DNA from: Leucoraja ocellata
Lineage: Eukaryota
DNA: 64,000 nucleotides
Assembly: GCA_036785375.1 (NCBI GenBank)
Contig: JAWMAR010000023.1
Coordinates: forward strand, 12,648,001 to 12,712,000
Direction of reading: 5' to 3'
This document shows positions 1 through 12,088 of this stretch, one piece after another (within the stretch, counting starts at the first letter, position 1; the number at the start of each line of letters is the position of its first letter). The notes beneath the pieces were generated by a model. It made no database searches. It saw nothing but the letters and a program-made list of their open reading frames with translations, and was not told the origin of the DNA. A program made the position numbers and the translations under genes.

Positions 1-245
1 AGTGGTAGAGTTGCTGCCTCACAGCACCAGTGGTTCGATCCTGACTACGGGCGCTGTCTGTACGGAGTCTGTACGTTCTCCCCGTGACCTGCGTGGGTTT
101 TCTCTGAGATCTTTGGTTTCCTCATCAAGATGTGTAGGTTAGTTGGCTTGGCATAAATGTCAATTGTCCCTAGTGTGTGTAGGATAGTATTAATGTGCAG
201 ACTCGGTGGGCAGAAGGGCCTGTTTCTGTGCTGTATCTCTAAAGT
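1..245 (+). mobile_element. HE1-like tRNA-derived V-SINE (5' end cut by window edge)
   Basis: tRNA-like head with B box GGTTCGATCC; V-domain-like 'gttctccccgtgacctgcgtgggttttctc'; CR1-like tail 'gaagggcctgtttctgtgctgtatctctaaa'. Many copies in the window. Confidence 0.85.
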
Positions 246-3200
246 AAGCTACATCCCATCTGGCAGGTTAACAGTTAATCCGACGCTGGAGATCGTCTCG
301 GAGTATATCTCTAACTGAAAGCAAGCATGTCAAGTGGGCAACTCTCTGCTGTGACATTCGCCTAAGGGACAGGTCGACTGAATGGAATTCAAGCCTCATT
401 TTGCTCCCCGTTGAAGTATAGGTAATTTAATCTGTAAAGTAGCAGTATATCCCAGGGGTACGTACGTACGGCTCTGAGTCGAGCTGGGCCCCAGCAAACA
501 GAAGCAGAGAAACACCCTAGTGTTTGGTAACCCGGGCAGGTCCTGGCCTGCAAGGTGTGGTGTACAGTGTCAACTAATTTCATCTGGTGCTGACAGGCTG
601 ATAGGGAGGCCCGTTTGTCCATCAGGTTCCCAAGGATGAAGGCACTGTAATTCCACAGTGAGTATGTCATATCTGATTCACCTGCATTCACCCCAGCCCC
701 TTACAAACACTCTTGTCCCCTGTGTGGTTCAGCAGCCAGGCAGTTTGTGAATTTAACCAGAGTTACAGGTGTGAAGTGTTAGCAGCTCCAGAGAGGGAGA
801 GGGGTTTCCCTCGGTATGTTGTGGTCAGCATGCATCAAGAGCTTTTCACTGGACCTCGGTACACGTGACAATCAACTAAACAGCTTCTGTTGGGAACGGA
901 AGTACTGAGCTTCTCCTGGTCATCAATCATTAGCACATTCCAATTATTTATCATCAAGTTGGATCTTCAAACAAAAATGTCCAATGGATTTGAGATAAAG
1001 CACTGATCTTCCCCACACTGCTTCCCCTGGTACCCCCAAGACCAGCTGCCAAGGACAATGCCTATCACTTCTCAACCACAACCATTTTAATAATTTTTTT
1101 TAATGATGTTGGATTTGGGTTTTCTACTCTTGTTACTCCAGTAGCCTCTGCCGGACACCAGCCGTGACAAAAGGGAGACCCCTGGACAGTTGGCACGTTG
1201 TCCTTTCCTACGTTGAGCATTGAGTAACCATCTACCTTCTTCATGCTCTTGCTGGGCAAGTCTGATCAGCCACTGTTTTATTTATCTTGTCTAGCAGCCA
1301 GAGTGATGTCTGGGTGTTGGCTCTTGCCTACACACTGAAGGCCAACTTGTTCATTTTTGTTTCACAGCTTGCAGTGAAATAGGACATCCCCGTTCCAGCG
1401 AATCAACCTGGCAATCCAGCTCATTCACTTGCACCAAGTTCAAAACCAAATGTTTTAACATATTTGCTTCCATCCACAAGCCAACATGTCCACTGCCTGT
1501 CCATTCCCTCCACAATGCTGCCTGACCTGTTGCTCCAGCACTTTAAAGAGGAAGAAAGTTGGAGGAATGTGGGGAATCTGCTGTGGTGGATGTTTATGTA
1601 AACTTTTATGTAGTTGTGTGTCTTGGTGCGTTTTTTTCTGTAGGGTAATTTGCATATCACTGTACCTTAATTGATATGTGTGATGATAAAAGACCTTTGA
1701 ATTCCAGCATCTGCAGTTCCTGGTGTCTCTAGTTGGAATATCTTATTTAATAATTACAAGAAGGTGATTATTTGTCTCCCATTTCGACTCTCCCATTATC
1801 CCCACTCGCCCTCCCTAATGTTCCTGTGTTTTTACATTGATATCATTCCTTAAGGCACGAAGGAGACCATTTGGCCCATCGAGCCTGTGCCAGCTTTCAG
1901 AATCACGTCGACACCCTATCTATCTCTATCTCTATCTATATCGGGGAGAATACGCAAACTCTGCACAGACAGCGCTTGAGGTCAGGGTTGAACCAAGGTC
2001 GCTGGAGTTCATAAGTTATAGTAGAATTGGGCCATTTGGCCCATCGAGTCTACTCCACCATTCAATGATGTCTCTCCCCCTCCTCTGTGTGAGGTGATAG
2101 TTCACTGTAACTAAACATGCAGGTGAAGCAAGTGATTGGGAAGCAACATGCATGTACAGGCACGGGGTTTGATCAATATGCATATTGCAGGAGCATTTAC
2201 AGCTGCCCAAAACTCTCAAATGTCAAATATCCTGACCCACACATAGCTTGTCCATTCCCTACGGACATATTGCCTGACCCACTGCTTCATTACAGCCAGT
2301 CAACGTGAAGAAAGACCAGTTGCCCCAAGTATCCTCCAATCCACCCACCATTACGTTCAGAATAATAATCCCTTGGCATCCCAGAGGTGGCCAGTCCATG
2401 GGAGATCCCTCAAAGTTGCTGGGACCCTCACCATTCATCTACTTGATAAGACCATGGAGATTCAGGCAGGCAGATCATACATTCCAGGACGGGCATTTCA
2501 AGGGTCTATACCCAATGGGTTATTTAGTCTTCAGAATGCATGAGAATAACATCTGTGTTCACCATTGCCTCCTCTATGGTGGATGGCTGTTAATTCCCTC
2601 TCCCCAAATGCTGCCATTGGGATGGATTTGAACGTTCCTGATTGTACCATGATGTAACAATATTTGCTTTCCCTGGCCATTTGAGAGCCTCCTGATTTAA
2701 GCATCAAATGCATTAGTGAGGACAAGGTATGTATAAACTGGTCAGAAGGAGCAAGACTTGTATACTTGGCTAGTTGTTCCTCTAAACCCAACATAGCCTT
2801 GCTAACCAATATAATAAACATCTCTGGACCATTTGTAATCAGATATCACAACCCTGACGTGAGCTCTAACGTCACTACATGCATTAGCCCAGTGGAGGAT
2901 GGATGCTGGATGCTGGCAGTGACATGCCAAGCACTAACTCATTCCAACACATTTGGTGGTGCCATAGACCACAAGAGAAAAGGCCTGAGTGATGTATGAT
3001 CATCACAAGCTTGGGTCTGAATTACTGCCATAAATTCACTCCCCGATCTGCAGGATGGGATGGACAAAACGTTACAATGGCTGCCCGCCTCACACTTTGC
3101 ATCTGACAACAGTGTCATTAAATATGAGCTTTCATGAAGAAATGGTTTTAATGCCAACAATTTACATTCAGAATACACCATAAAGTGTTTTCCGTATTGC

Positions 3201-3554
3201 TAAAGTGGTCAAACTGTCTCAGTAAATGTAATTTAGAATTCACGAAAGCCATGAATCTGTAGAGTGCCAGCAACTAAGCTGACTAATTATAGTTAGCAAG
3301 GAAGTAACAGTAGATCTTAATGGATTCTGCCTTATGTCAATGGAATGTGAAATGATTAGGCCGTAAGCAGGTCTGATCCACTCCTGCTGCTTTCCCACTG
3401 TATACATTGCTAGAATGAATTTTAAAAAGGGATGTATAAACCATGATTGGGTGGGAATTAAAGGGGAATTAAACGGTAGATGTCCAGTCCAAGAGTGGAC
3501 GCTTGGCAGGATCACAGTTTTAATCTTCATAGCATCACCACCACTAGATATTTC

Positions 3555-3740
3555 ACTAATCATGTATTGTCTTTCTGCTGACGGATTAGCACGCAACAAA
3601 AGCTTTTCACTGTACCTCGGTACACGTGACAATAAACTAAACTGAATTAGGTACAGAAGTGTGAAAACGCACACCTCCAGATTCAGGGACAGTTTCTTCC
3701 CAGCTGTTATCAGGCAACTGAATCATCCTACCACGACCAG
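3555..3740 (+). mobile_element. Rex1/Babar-like LINE 3' fragments (rearranged: tail followed by ORF end)
   Basis: Tail 'aaaagcttttcactgtacctcggtacacgtgacaataaactaaact' followed by 'cacacctccagattcagggacagtttcttcccagctgttatcaggcaactgaa' (HTSRFRDSFFPAVIRQLN). Confidence 0.75.
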
Positions 3741-3825
3741 CAAATGTCCCATAACAGCTTAGTTACTCCAGCGCTTTGTCTATCTTCAATATAAAACAGC
3801 ATCTGCAGTTCCTTTGTACACGCAT

Positions 3826-4170
3826 GTCACCTATCCACGTTCTCCACAGATGCTGCCTGACCCACTCAGTTATGGTGCAGCAGCATCTATGGAGCTAAGG
3901 AAATAGGTAATGTTTCGGGCCGAAATCCTTCTGGAAATAGGCAATGTTTTGGGCCGAAACCCTTATGGGTTTCGGCCCGAAACGTTGCCTATTTCCTTAG
4001 CTCCATAGATGCTGCCTGACCCGCTGAGTTACTCCAGCACTCTGTGAAACGTCACCTATCCATGTTCTCCACAGATGCTGCCTGACCCGCTGAGTTACTC
4101 CAGCACTCTGTGAAACGTCACCTATCCATGTTCTCCACAGATGCTGCCTGACCCGCTGAGTTACTCCAGC
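3826..4170 (+). repeat. 66-bp Penelope-derived tandem array with embedded fold-back cassette (~3880-4014)
   Basis: Unit gaaacgtcacctatccatgttctccacagatgctgcctgacccgctgagttactccagcactctgt; inverted arms around 'ccc-ttat-ggg'. Confidence 0.9.
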
Positions 4171-4814
4171 TTTTAGAGTCTGTCCCAGATCTGATCGCTG
4201 CGACACCATCAGTCATAGACTTCCAATCAGAACAGCATCTTTCCACCGATACCCTGCCTTCCATTGCAAAGCCCATGTCAGACGCAGTTCACCCTTGGAC
4301 CTCTAACTCCTTCACCTTCTTGGCCAGCCCTTCCACTAGCTCTGTGGATGACACAAGTTGGTGCTGCTATGGCTGGCTGACTGTGGGGACTTGAGTTACA
4401 TTGACTGACCATGACGGACTGCCAGGCATAAATATATTCCAGCTTCAGGCAGCAGATTGGGAGAGGCACGGAATTTGCGTTTGCACACGCGAGGAATTGC
4501 AACATGAGAATTGAAGTGAGATCAAGTTTCAGGCAACAAACCGGGTGTTAAGAATAACAGATGATTTAACGGCACCATTCACTGTTCTCCAGGGCAGCTA
4601 TTTATACCATCATGAAATAAAAGTTGCGTCACCCTTCTGAAACGTTGCCTTTCCTCGATTACACGGCATCTAAACTGAGCTGGGCTTCATCAAGTGGCTC
4701 CAGACATCTCAGTCATCGACCACAAGCGAGAGATGGCCAATCATGACAAGGCTGTCACCTGGAGCAGGGCCCGCTGAGGTGACCCGCTACATGGGATGTG
4801 AGGAAAATGGTAGC

Positions 4815-5085
4815 CCCGAGGCACAGCAGTAGACCAGCCTCGCTCCACCTTGGTCCTGTCTGTGTGGAGTTTGCATGTTCTCCCTGTGTCTGCGTGGGTT
4901 TTCTCCAGGCACTCCGGTTTCCTCCCGCATCCCAAAGACGTGCAGGTTTGTAGGTTAATCGGTCTCTGTCCATTGCCCCTAGTGTGTAGGGAGTGGGATA
5001 ACGTCGAACTAGTGTGAACGTGTGATCACTGGTCGGCGCGGACTCGATGGGCCGAAGGGCCTGTTTCTGTGCTGCATCTTTTGAT
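4815..5085 (+). mobile_element. HE1-like V-SINE
   Basis: V-domain 'ggagtttgcatgttctccctgtgtctgcgtgggttttctcc...cccaaagacgtgcagg' and tail 'gggccgaagggcctgtttc'. Confidence 0.85.
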
Positions 5086-5227
5086 CATTAATCAATGCAG
5101 ACGGGATCCACAACGAGAGGGTCAGATGCTGATGGAATAAAGGCTGTGGGTGAGGGGTCAAAGTGGAGAGGTGACCTGACCAGCAATGCTGAGCCCTGGG
5201 TGGACGACTGAGACCTATGTCCAGTAC

Positions 5228-5410
5228 CAGAGGTTTAAGGTGAGTGGGGGGGGGGGGGGTTAATGGGAACCTGAGGTGTAAAGAATGGTGGGTGTATGGA
5301 ACGAGCTGCTAGAGGAGGTGACAGGTACGTGGATAGAACAGGATATGGGCCAAACTCAGGCAGGTGGGACTAATGTAGATGGGGCATGTTGGTTGGTTGG
5401 TGTGAGCAGG
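5228..5410 (+). mobile_element. CR1-like LINE 3' fragment, degraded
   Basis: 'ggtgggtgtatggaacgagctgctagaggaggt...ggatatgggccaaac' matches the copies at 30.0 kb and 46.7 kb. Confidence 0.7.
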
Positions 5411-5639
5411 TTCCCCTGTAGAGAGCAGTGGGAAGGCCCTGCCTCTGGAACAAGTGAATGTACACTGCCTGAACACAGCTGGCTCAATATAGATCGTGAG
5501 GTGAAGAGGATTGTCAGACACGGAGTAGTCGAGATAATGGAGCTTCACGAGTCAAGTCACAGACAAACTGAGTTGAGAGTATTAGGCAGTGAGAGAGATA
5601 GAGATGATGGGAGAATGAGAGAGGAGGGATGGAGGCCGG

Positions 5640-5925
5640 CCAGCTGGCACAGTGGAGTTGCTGCCTCACAGCGCCAGACACTACAGGCGCTGCCCGTACA
5701 GAGTTCGTACCCTCTCTCCGTGACGGCGTGGGTTTTCCCCGGGTGCTCCGGTTTCCTCCCACACTCCAAATACGTACAAGTTTGTAGGTTAATTTAGCTT
5801 CGGTAGAAATGGTAAATTGTCCCTAGTGTGTGGAGGATGTGTTAGTGTTAGTATACGGGTGATCGCTGGTCGGCACGGACTCGATGGGCCGAAGGGCCTG
5901 TTTTCCTGCTGTATCTCAAATCTAA
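5640..5925 (+). mobile_element. HE1-like V-SINE
   Basis: Same head, V-domain and tail as the other copies. Confidence 0.85.
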
Positions 5926-6027
5926 ACTCCCATTTAAACCTTGATATTGCCGTTAGCCATTGAACAGAATGATTTTAGGATTTAATTCTCTGGTCTTCAG
6001 TTTTAGCTGCGATGCTAATTCACTTAC

Positions 6028-6171
6028 AATGAAAAGATTACACTTGCATTAAAAATAGCCAAGGGATGCCATTCCAAGCCGTGAGACCCACTAACATAGT
6101 CCATTGTCATTCCAGGATCAAAAGCAATATCTAATTCGATCCAATCGGACTGAAATATCTTCAGCTTCAGT
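6028..6171 (-). CDS. Candidate orphan internal exon (LKLKIFQSDWIELDIAFDPGMTMDYVSGSHGLEWHPLAIFNASVIFS), unknown product
   Basis: Minus strand: acceptor 'cacattttgtag', donor 'gtaagt', 144 nt (multiple of 3), one open frame, unique sequence. No homology recognised. Confidence 0.3.
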
Positions 6172-6925
6172 CTACAAAATGTGATGTGAGGATCAGACAC
6201 GCATCTATTCACCAAGTTAACTAATGGGATGGAAATAGGGATTTGTTCAGAAGCATTAAGATCTGAATTAAAATAGCAGAAAAAATAACAGATTCCAAGG
6301 TCTTGTCCATGTCTGAGCCTGAATTATATCACAATTTTCCACTCATCAAAGGCGGCTCCAAAATATAATGCCGGGATAGTCCTTCATTAGGCAGAACTAT
6401 TGAAAGGCAGCTCACCATTGCCCTTTCAAAGGTAATTGGGATTGTTTCTAATTAGGATGAGGAAATATATTCACTTTGAAAGCATAGTCCACATCCCACA
6501 TGTGAATGACAAAAATGGGAAAACATTCCAAGCATCTCAATTTCATTCCAATGTCCTTCCATCAACATGTCATTTCCTTTGATGACGTTCATGTCTTACA
6601 GCTAAGGCCATTCGGCCCATTGAGTCCATGCTGTTTCACGAAACATTCCCCTCGGTCTCAGCCCCGCACATATTTCTATGCAACAGATTCTTTCTCAGAA
6701 TAGTCACAAAATAGAATGGTTCATTGTTAGCGGAGGGGAATGTGACAACGAGGCTACAAGCACTCAAATTAATCAGGAAGACAGTGAAAGTAGTCGCAGA
6801 ACTTGTGGGGGGACAGAGAGAGAGGGAGAGAGAGGGAGCAAGGGTTACTTGAATTTAGAGAAGTCAATGTTCTGCAACATCGCCTTGTGTGACCAATCAG
6901 CAGAGCAACCAATAGACAACAGGTG

Positions 6926-7343
6926 CATGAGTAGAGGCCATTCGGCCCTTCGAGCCAGCACCGCCATTCAATGTGATCATGGCTGATCATCCCCAATCAG
7001 TACCCCGTTCCTGCCTTCTCCCCATATCCCCTGACTCCGCTATTTTTAAGAGCCCTATCTAGCTCTCTTGAAAGCATCCAGAGAACCGGCCTCCACCGCC
7101 CTCTGAGGCAGAGAATTCCACACTCACCACTCTCCGTGAGAAAAAGTGTTTCCTCGTCTCCATTCTAAATGGCTTACTCCTTATTCTTAAACTGTGGCTC
7201 CTGGTTCTGGATTCCTCCAACATCGGGAACATGTTTCCTGCCTCTAGCGTGTCCAAACCCTTAATCTTATATGTTTCAATGAGATCTCCTCTCATCCTTC
7301 TAAACTCCAGAGTGTACAAGCCCAGTTGCTCCATTCTCTCAGC
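6926..7343 (-). mobile_element. CR1/HER1-like LINE 3' end (ORF2 C-terminus + 3' UTR)
   Basis: Translation LGLYTLEFRRMRGDLIETYKI..GLD...MFPMLEESRTRSHSLRI is a typical CR1 ORF2 C-terminus. Confidence 0.9.
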
Positions 7344-7389
7344 TTAAAGCTAATCTTAAAGCTATTAAAAAGGCTGTCCAATCCAATGT

Positions 7390-7543
7390 GCACACATACA
7401 CACCACACACAAGCGCACACACGTACACACGCCACGTACACACCGCACACACGTACACACGCCACGTACACACCACACACAAGCGCACACATTGCACACA
7501 CGTACACACGCCACGTACACACGTACACACGCCACGTACACAC
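7390..7543. repeat. CA-rich compound microsatellite/minisatellite
   Basis: Repeated 'cacacgtacacacgccacgta'. Confidence 0.9.
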
Positions 7544-7621
7544 TCTTCTGATACCAAAGAGTAACAAATTATATGTTATCTCTTTCACAACTGTGACTTC
7601 AACACCCCGTGAAGGACATAC

Positions 7622-7759
7622 ATCTTGAGCAGAGGTAGCTGATAGTCAGAAGCTCTGATGTATTTACAGGAGACGGTGATATGAGACATGTTTCATCGCG
7701 GACATTCCCTCGTTCTGTAAATGTCACCATGCTGCAGGTGAGGCCTGACCTTGTTGTTC
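7622..7759 (-). CDS. Candidate orphan exon (TTRSGLTCSMVTFTERGNVRDETCLISPSPVNTSELLTISYLCSR)
   Basis: Acceptor 'tgttcttacag', donor 'gtatgt', 138 nt, phase 1-1, single open frame. Cys spacing is loosely like a C-type lectin C-terminus (weak). Confidence 0.25.
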
Positions 7760-8214
7760 CTGTAAGAACAGTCACCAACAGCACACCATTCCCTGTATCT
7801 CCCAACTCCTGCTTTAATGATGGTTTAGGAAAGAGATGCTAGTTGACAACGTCCTGAGTTGGGCTGGGGTGGGAGTGCTGTATCCAATGTACTTCTGTCC
7901 AGGTGTTTATCCCAAGTTGCCAGTGGGTAAACCACCCTGTAGATGTGATATATCACAAAGACTACACACGTCGGGGTGAAACAATTCCTACTTCAGGCTG
8001 TACAGATTAGACGTTAACCATTCTCTCAGCTGTGGGGATACACAATAACAATGTGAACAATATTGCTCCTCTGGGAAATATTAGTTCAGACTTGGTTATT
8101 GCAATCTCCCATTGCTCCTGTAAGATTATCCATACGAGTTATTAACAAATAATTATAGTTCGCTTCAAGATGATGAGGGTGCATCATTTTTTTTTTATAA
8201 TCATAAAGACGCAG

Positions 8215-8352
8215 GTACGCACACGCACATAAACACGTGCACACACAGACACAAACTCACACTCACACATACGCACACACATGCGCGCGCGCACACACAG
8301 ACACAAACTCATGCACACACACACACAGGAACACTGCAGACACAAATTCGCA

Positions 8353-8393
<41 letters not shown>

Positions 8394-8460
8394 TGCACAG
8401 ACACAAACACACACGTGTGCACGCACACATGCACGTACACACACACATGGACACAAACTC
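8215..8460. repeat. (CA)n-rich microsatellite
   Basis: Direct inspection. Confidence 0.95.
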
Positions 8461-8570
8461 AGATCTAGAAACTTCCCAGAAAAAATACATGAGGACATCA
8501 CAAAAGCCGGACATCAGTGGAAGGAATGAGCGGGACTGTGAAACGGTCTTTACCAAAATGACACAGTGGT

Positions 8571-8935
8571 AGACACAGAGTGCTGGAGTAACTCAGTGGG
8601 TCAGGCAGCATCTGTGGAGAACATGGATAGGTGACGTTTCACAGAGTGCTGGAGTAACTCAGCGGGTCAGGCAGCATCTGTGGGGAACATGGATAGGTGA
8701 TGTTTCACAGAATGCTGGAGTAACTCAGCGGGTCAGGCAGCATCTGTGGAGAACATGGATAGGTGACGTTTCACAGAGTGCTGGAGTAACTCAGCGGGTC
8801 AGGCAGCATCTGTGGGGAGAAGGAATGGGTGACGTTTCGGGTGGAGACCCTTCTTCAGACTGATGTCGGGGGAGTGGGCGGGACAGATAGAATGTAGTCG
8901 GAGACAGTAAGACCGGTGGGAGAACTGGGTTGGGG
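8571..8935 (-). repeat. Penelope terminal segment with hammerhead motif followed by a 66-bp array (~4 units)
   Basis: Reverse complement of the 66-bp unit repeated; hammerhead core at 8831-8858. Confidence 0.9.
8831..8858 (-). ncRNA. Minimal type I hammerhead ribozyme motif (intact core)
   Basis: Reverse complement reads CTGAAGA A GGGT-CTCC-ACCC GAAACGTC: CUGANGA and GAAA boxes, 4-bp stem II, GUC triplet. Confidence 0.65.
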
Positions 8936-9575
8936 ATGAGATGATATACGGTGGCGTTGAAGGCTCTGCGTGTAAATACGCAGAGACCATTCATCTACAT
9001 TCTCACGCTGTTCACTGTGAGAATCACATCGGGCCTCCCTCTCCTACATTTGCTCGCTGCTATAAACCTTCAGTGTCGGAACAATAGGCGCGAGGAGGTG
9101 GTCTTGAGGCCATGACCTGAGTAACCACAGTAAGGACAAGCTCCTGCTGTAGCTGTGGCCCACACATCCTCCCTCCCCCCAGAGCCTAGCTGCTTCTCAC
9201 ACCCCTCACTGTAGTCACGGCAACAGGGCAGTGTGGCCACAGACACACCAAGTCGTAAACTTCATTTCCTGCTTTCACACCAGACAACCTTTAGTCAAAA
9301 CCCGGCAGCATTTCAAACACACGTCAGATTCTTGTCCGATACTAATGTCACTAAATGCTGCAAACCGTTTATTACAGTCGTTCTCTGTTTAACGAGTGGC
9401 CGATCACACATGTGTGATTTATGACAGGCTGTTATCTTCAGCTAATGTCCTCCTAAACTTGGGAAAGGCCAGTGAATGGACATCTGTTACAATCCCGACT
9501 TTCCCAACCAGCAGTCCATCAATCTCCCTGCCATCTGCATTGTGTCCCATTAAGTGGCAGCTTACGTTTAACGTT

Positions 9576-9940
9576 GGATAGGTGACGTTTCACAGAGTGC
9601 TGGAGTAACTCAGCGGGTCAGGCAGCATCTATGGAGAACATGGATAGGTGACGTTTCACAGAGTGCTGGAGTAACTCAGTGGGTCAGGCAGCATCTGTGG
9701 AGAACATGGATAGGTGATGTTTCACAGAGTGCTGGAGTAACTCAGCGGGTCAGGCAGCATCTATGGAGCTAAGGAAATAGGCAACGTTTCGGGCCGAAAC
9801 CCGTAAGGGTTTCGGCCCGAAACGTTGCCTATTTCCATAAGGATTTCGGCCCCGAAACGTTGCCTATTTCCTTCGCTCCATAGATGCTGCTGCACCATAA
9901 CTCAGCGGGTCAGGCAGCATCTGTGGAGAACATCGATAGG
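9576..9940 (-). repeat. 66-bp array with fold-back cassette (~9754-9893)
   Basis: About 3 units plus inverted arms around 'ccc-gtaa-ggg', with a duplicated ~34-bp arm segment. Confidence 0.9.
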
Positions 9941-10044
9941 TTCCCACGTTATGCCTGGTGCTGCTACTGTTGTCTATCGCCCGCAATGAATGACTCGTGG
10001 CTTTGCCAGAACTCTGCTGAGTTATAATCCAGAATACCAGCGGG

Positions 10045-10138
10045 ATAGACACAAAATACTGGAGTAACTCAGTGGGCCAGGCAGCAGCATCTCTGGAGAG
10101 AAGGAATGGGTGACGTTTCGGGTCGAGACCCTTCTTCA
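10045..10138 (-). mobile_element. Solo Penelope terminal fragment with hammerhead-like motif (C3>U)
   Basis: 'gacgtttcgggtcgagacccttcttcaa'. Confidence 0.75.
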
Positions 10139-10360
10139 AATAGTAAGGATGAGGGAGTGGGGGCCTGGGAAAAGGAAGACATTGAGGATACGAAGGGAGT
10201 GTGAGATGTCTTGGACATAGGTCCCGAGGGATTAGGAAGGCTGCTTCAGCAAGTCCTCTTGGGAAAGACTTGATGGGCTGAATATCCTAATTTGTAATCA
10301 TACTTTATTAGCCAAGGATGTTTTGCAACACATGAGGAATTTGATTTGCCTTAGTCATAC

Positions 10361-10762
10361 ATTTATATACTGCTCAATTGTGGTCTAAGTATAAGAAAAA
10401 GAGTATGCAGAAGCTTAAGGTAGCGTACAATGATGCAATGAGGTTGCTACTTCGTGTCCCTAGGTGGCATAGTGCCAGTCAATTGTTTGTGTCCACTAGA
10501 GTGCCAACCTGTGAGGCACTCTTAAGACAGCTGATGTTTAGTTTTATGTGTCGCCTGGACAAGTCAGAGAACCACATAATTGAAGCCTTAGTCAGCCCTC
10601 TGAAAAGCTGCTATAGATTCACTTCTAGGCTAAGATGGCATTGGTGCAATAGCTTATATATATTTTAGGCTAATATGCAATTTCTTAATGTATCTTTGTA
10701 CTGTTTGATGTGTATATGGACCTGTCTGAAATAAAGCTTTAATAATAATAATAATAATAATA
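10361..10762 (+). mobile_element. RTE-X-like LINE, 5'-truncated 3' end with (AAT)n tail
   Basis: Uninterrupted frame LWSKYKKKSMQKLKVAYNDAMRLLLRVPRWHSASQLFV...LRQLMFSFMCRLDKSEN, then 'tctgaaataaag' and (AAT)7. Clade assignment is from recall of the motif. Confidence 0.7.
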
Positions 10763-11279
10763 CCAATAAAAAGCAACAAAACACACAAAATACATTGTAT
10801 ATAAACATCCACCACAGTGACTCCTCCACATTCCTCACTGTGGTGGAAGGTGAAAACGAAAGTCCAATTTCTTCCCTTCTTTCTGCTCCTATCCCATGAC
10901 CTTGTGACCTGACTGATGTGGAAAGTTTAGCCTCACCCACAGATGGGGCAGGACATGGCTGATGACCAAGTGGGTTGTGAGATAATGTTATTTTTCTGCC
11001 ACTTACAAAGGACTTCTATGTAATGCCGACACATGTGCTCGGGGGTATTTCAGTTATGAGAGATATGAGTCTGAATAGCATCAAGGCAAGCAGAAGAATT
11101 TACATTCAAGTAATTTACTAAATCTGGAACAGTAAACGAGTATCAGTCGGTATGGTAACCAGGAAACAACTGGGTCATCATAAAAATACATCCCCTTGCC
11201 CACATGGTGTATATATATGTGTCAGCCACAAACCATCGCAATGTGGATGACTCTTCACAGTCTGCTGAAATAAAGTTTT

Positions 11280-11500
11280 AGTTTAGAGACACAGCCCACT
11301 GAGTCCGTGCCAATCTGTGACCACCCCGTACACTAGCCCTATCCTACACACAAGGGCAATGTACAGAAGCCAATTAACCTACAGACCTGCACGTTCTTGG
11401 AGTGTGGGAGGAAACCCACATGGTTACAGGGAGAACATGCAAACTCCACACAGACAGCACGCGTAGTCATTGACAAACCCACGTCTCTGGCGCTGAGACA
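11280..11500 (-). mobile_element. HE1-like V-SINE
   Basis: Reverse complement of the V-domain, 'gggagaacatgcaaactccaca'. Confidence 0.8.
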
Positions 11501-11688
11501 AGTTGGGATGGGCACAAATTGCTGGTGTAACTATTATGTTCTTTCCCCATGAACAAATAAACAAGAATCCCTTCACATTGACTGTCGAAAGCCAGAGAAG
11601 TGTTGATTGTGAAATACTTAAATAGCAAGTTTGGCTTTTGCTCCATTCTAAGAAGAGGAAATAAACCACTCGCATTTAAAAGTTTCAC

Positions 11689-11854
11689 CAGATCCTCCCA
11701 AAATGTTCAACAGAACGACAGGCTTTTCAAAGATGGTCTCAGTAATATGAGAGTCACTGAATGGTGGTTCTGAGCCCAGCTCGGACTTGCGTCCATTTCC
11801 GTCCTGCTCAAGTGATTGAGGAAGTTCCGGGATTTTTTCAGAAAGGAACAGCTT
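11689..11854 (-). CDS. Candidate orphan exon (KLFLSEKIPELPQSLEQDGNGRKSELGSEPPFSDSHITETIFEKPVVLLNILGGS)
   Basis: Acceptor 'ttgattcag', weak donor 'gtgaaa'. Its end phase 1 is compatible with the candidate at 7622-7759. Confidence 0.2.
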
Positions 11855-11974
11855 CTGAATCAACGTGAAATATACGGGGGTGAAATTGAGATTCTGAGGG
11901 CCAATCGCTTCGAATCCCAGTAGAACTGGCCTTTTGGTTTCATGCTGCCTCCAATCCAGAGTTAGCCCTTAGCC

Positions 11975-12088
11975 TGTCTGTACACTGTGAATGACTCGAT
12001 TGTAATCATGTATTGTCTCTCTGCAGTCTGGTTAGCACACAACAAAAGCTTTTCACTGTACCTCGGTACACGTGACAATAAACTAAAA
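11975..12088 (+). mobile_element. Rex1/Babar-like LINE 3' tail
   Basis: 'gtaatcatgtattgtc...gtacctcggtacacgtgacaataaacta'. Confidence 0.75.

Noticed and set aside
2305-3181. Cluster of ~80-108 aa ORFs in unique sequence
   Set aside because: No recognisable motifs or consistent splice signals; lengths are compatible with chance.
4021-4055. 66-bp unit junction as a complete hammerhead
   Set aside because: The upstream box is CTGAGTTA, not CUGANGA, and no stem II closes onto GAAA.
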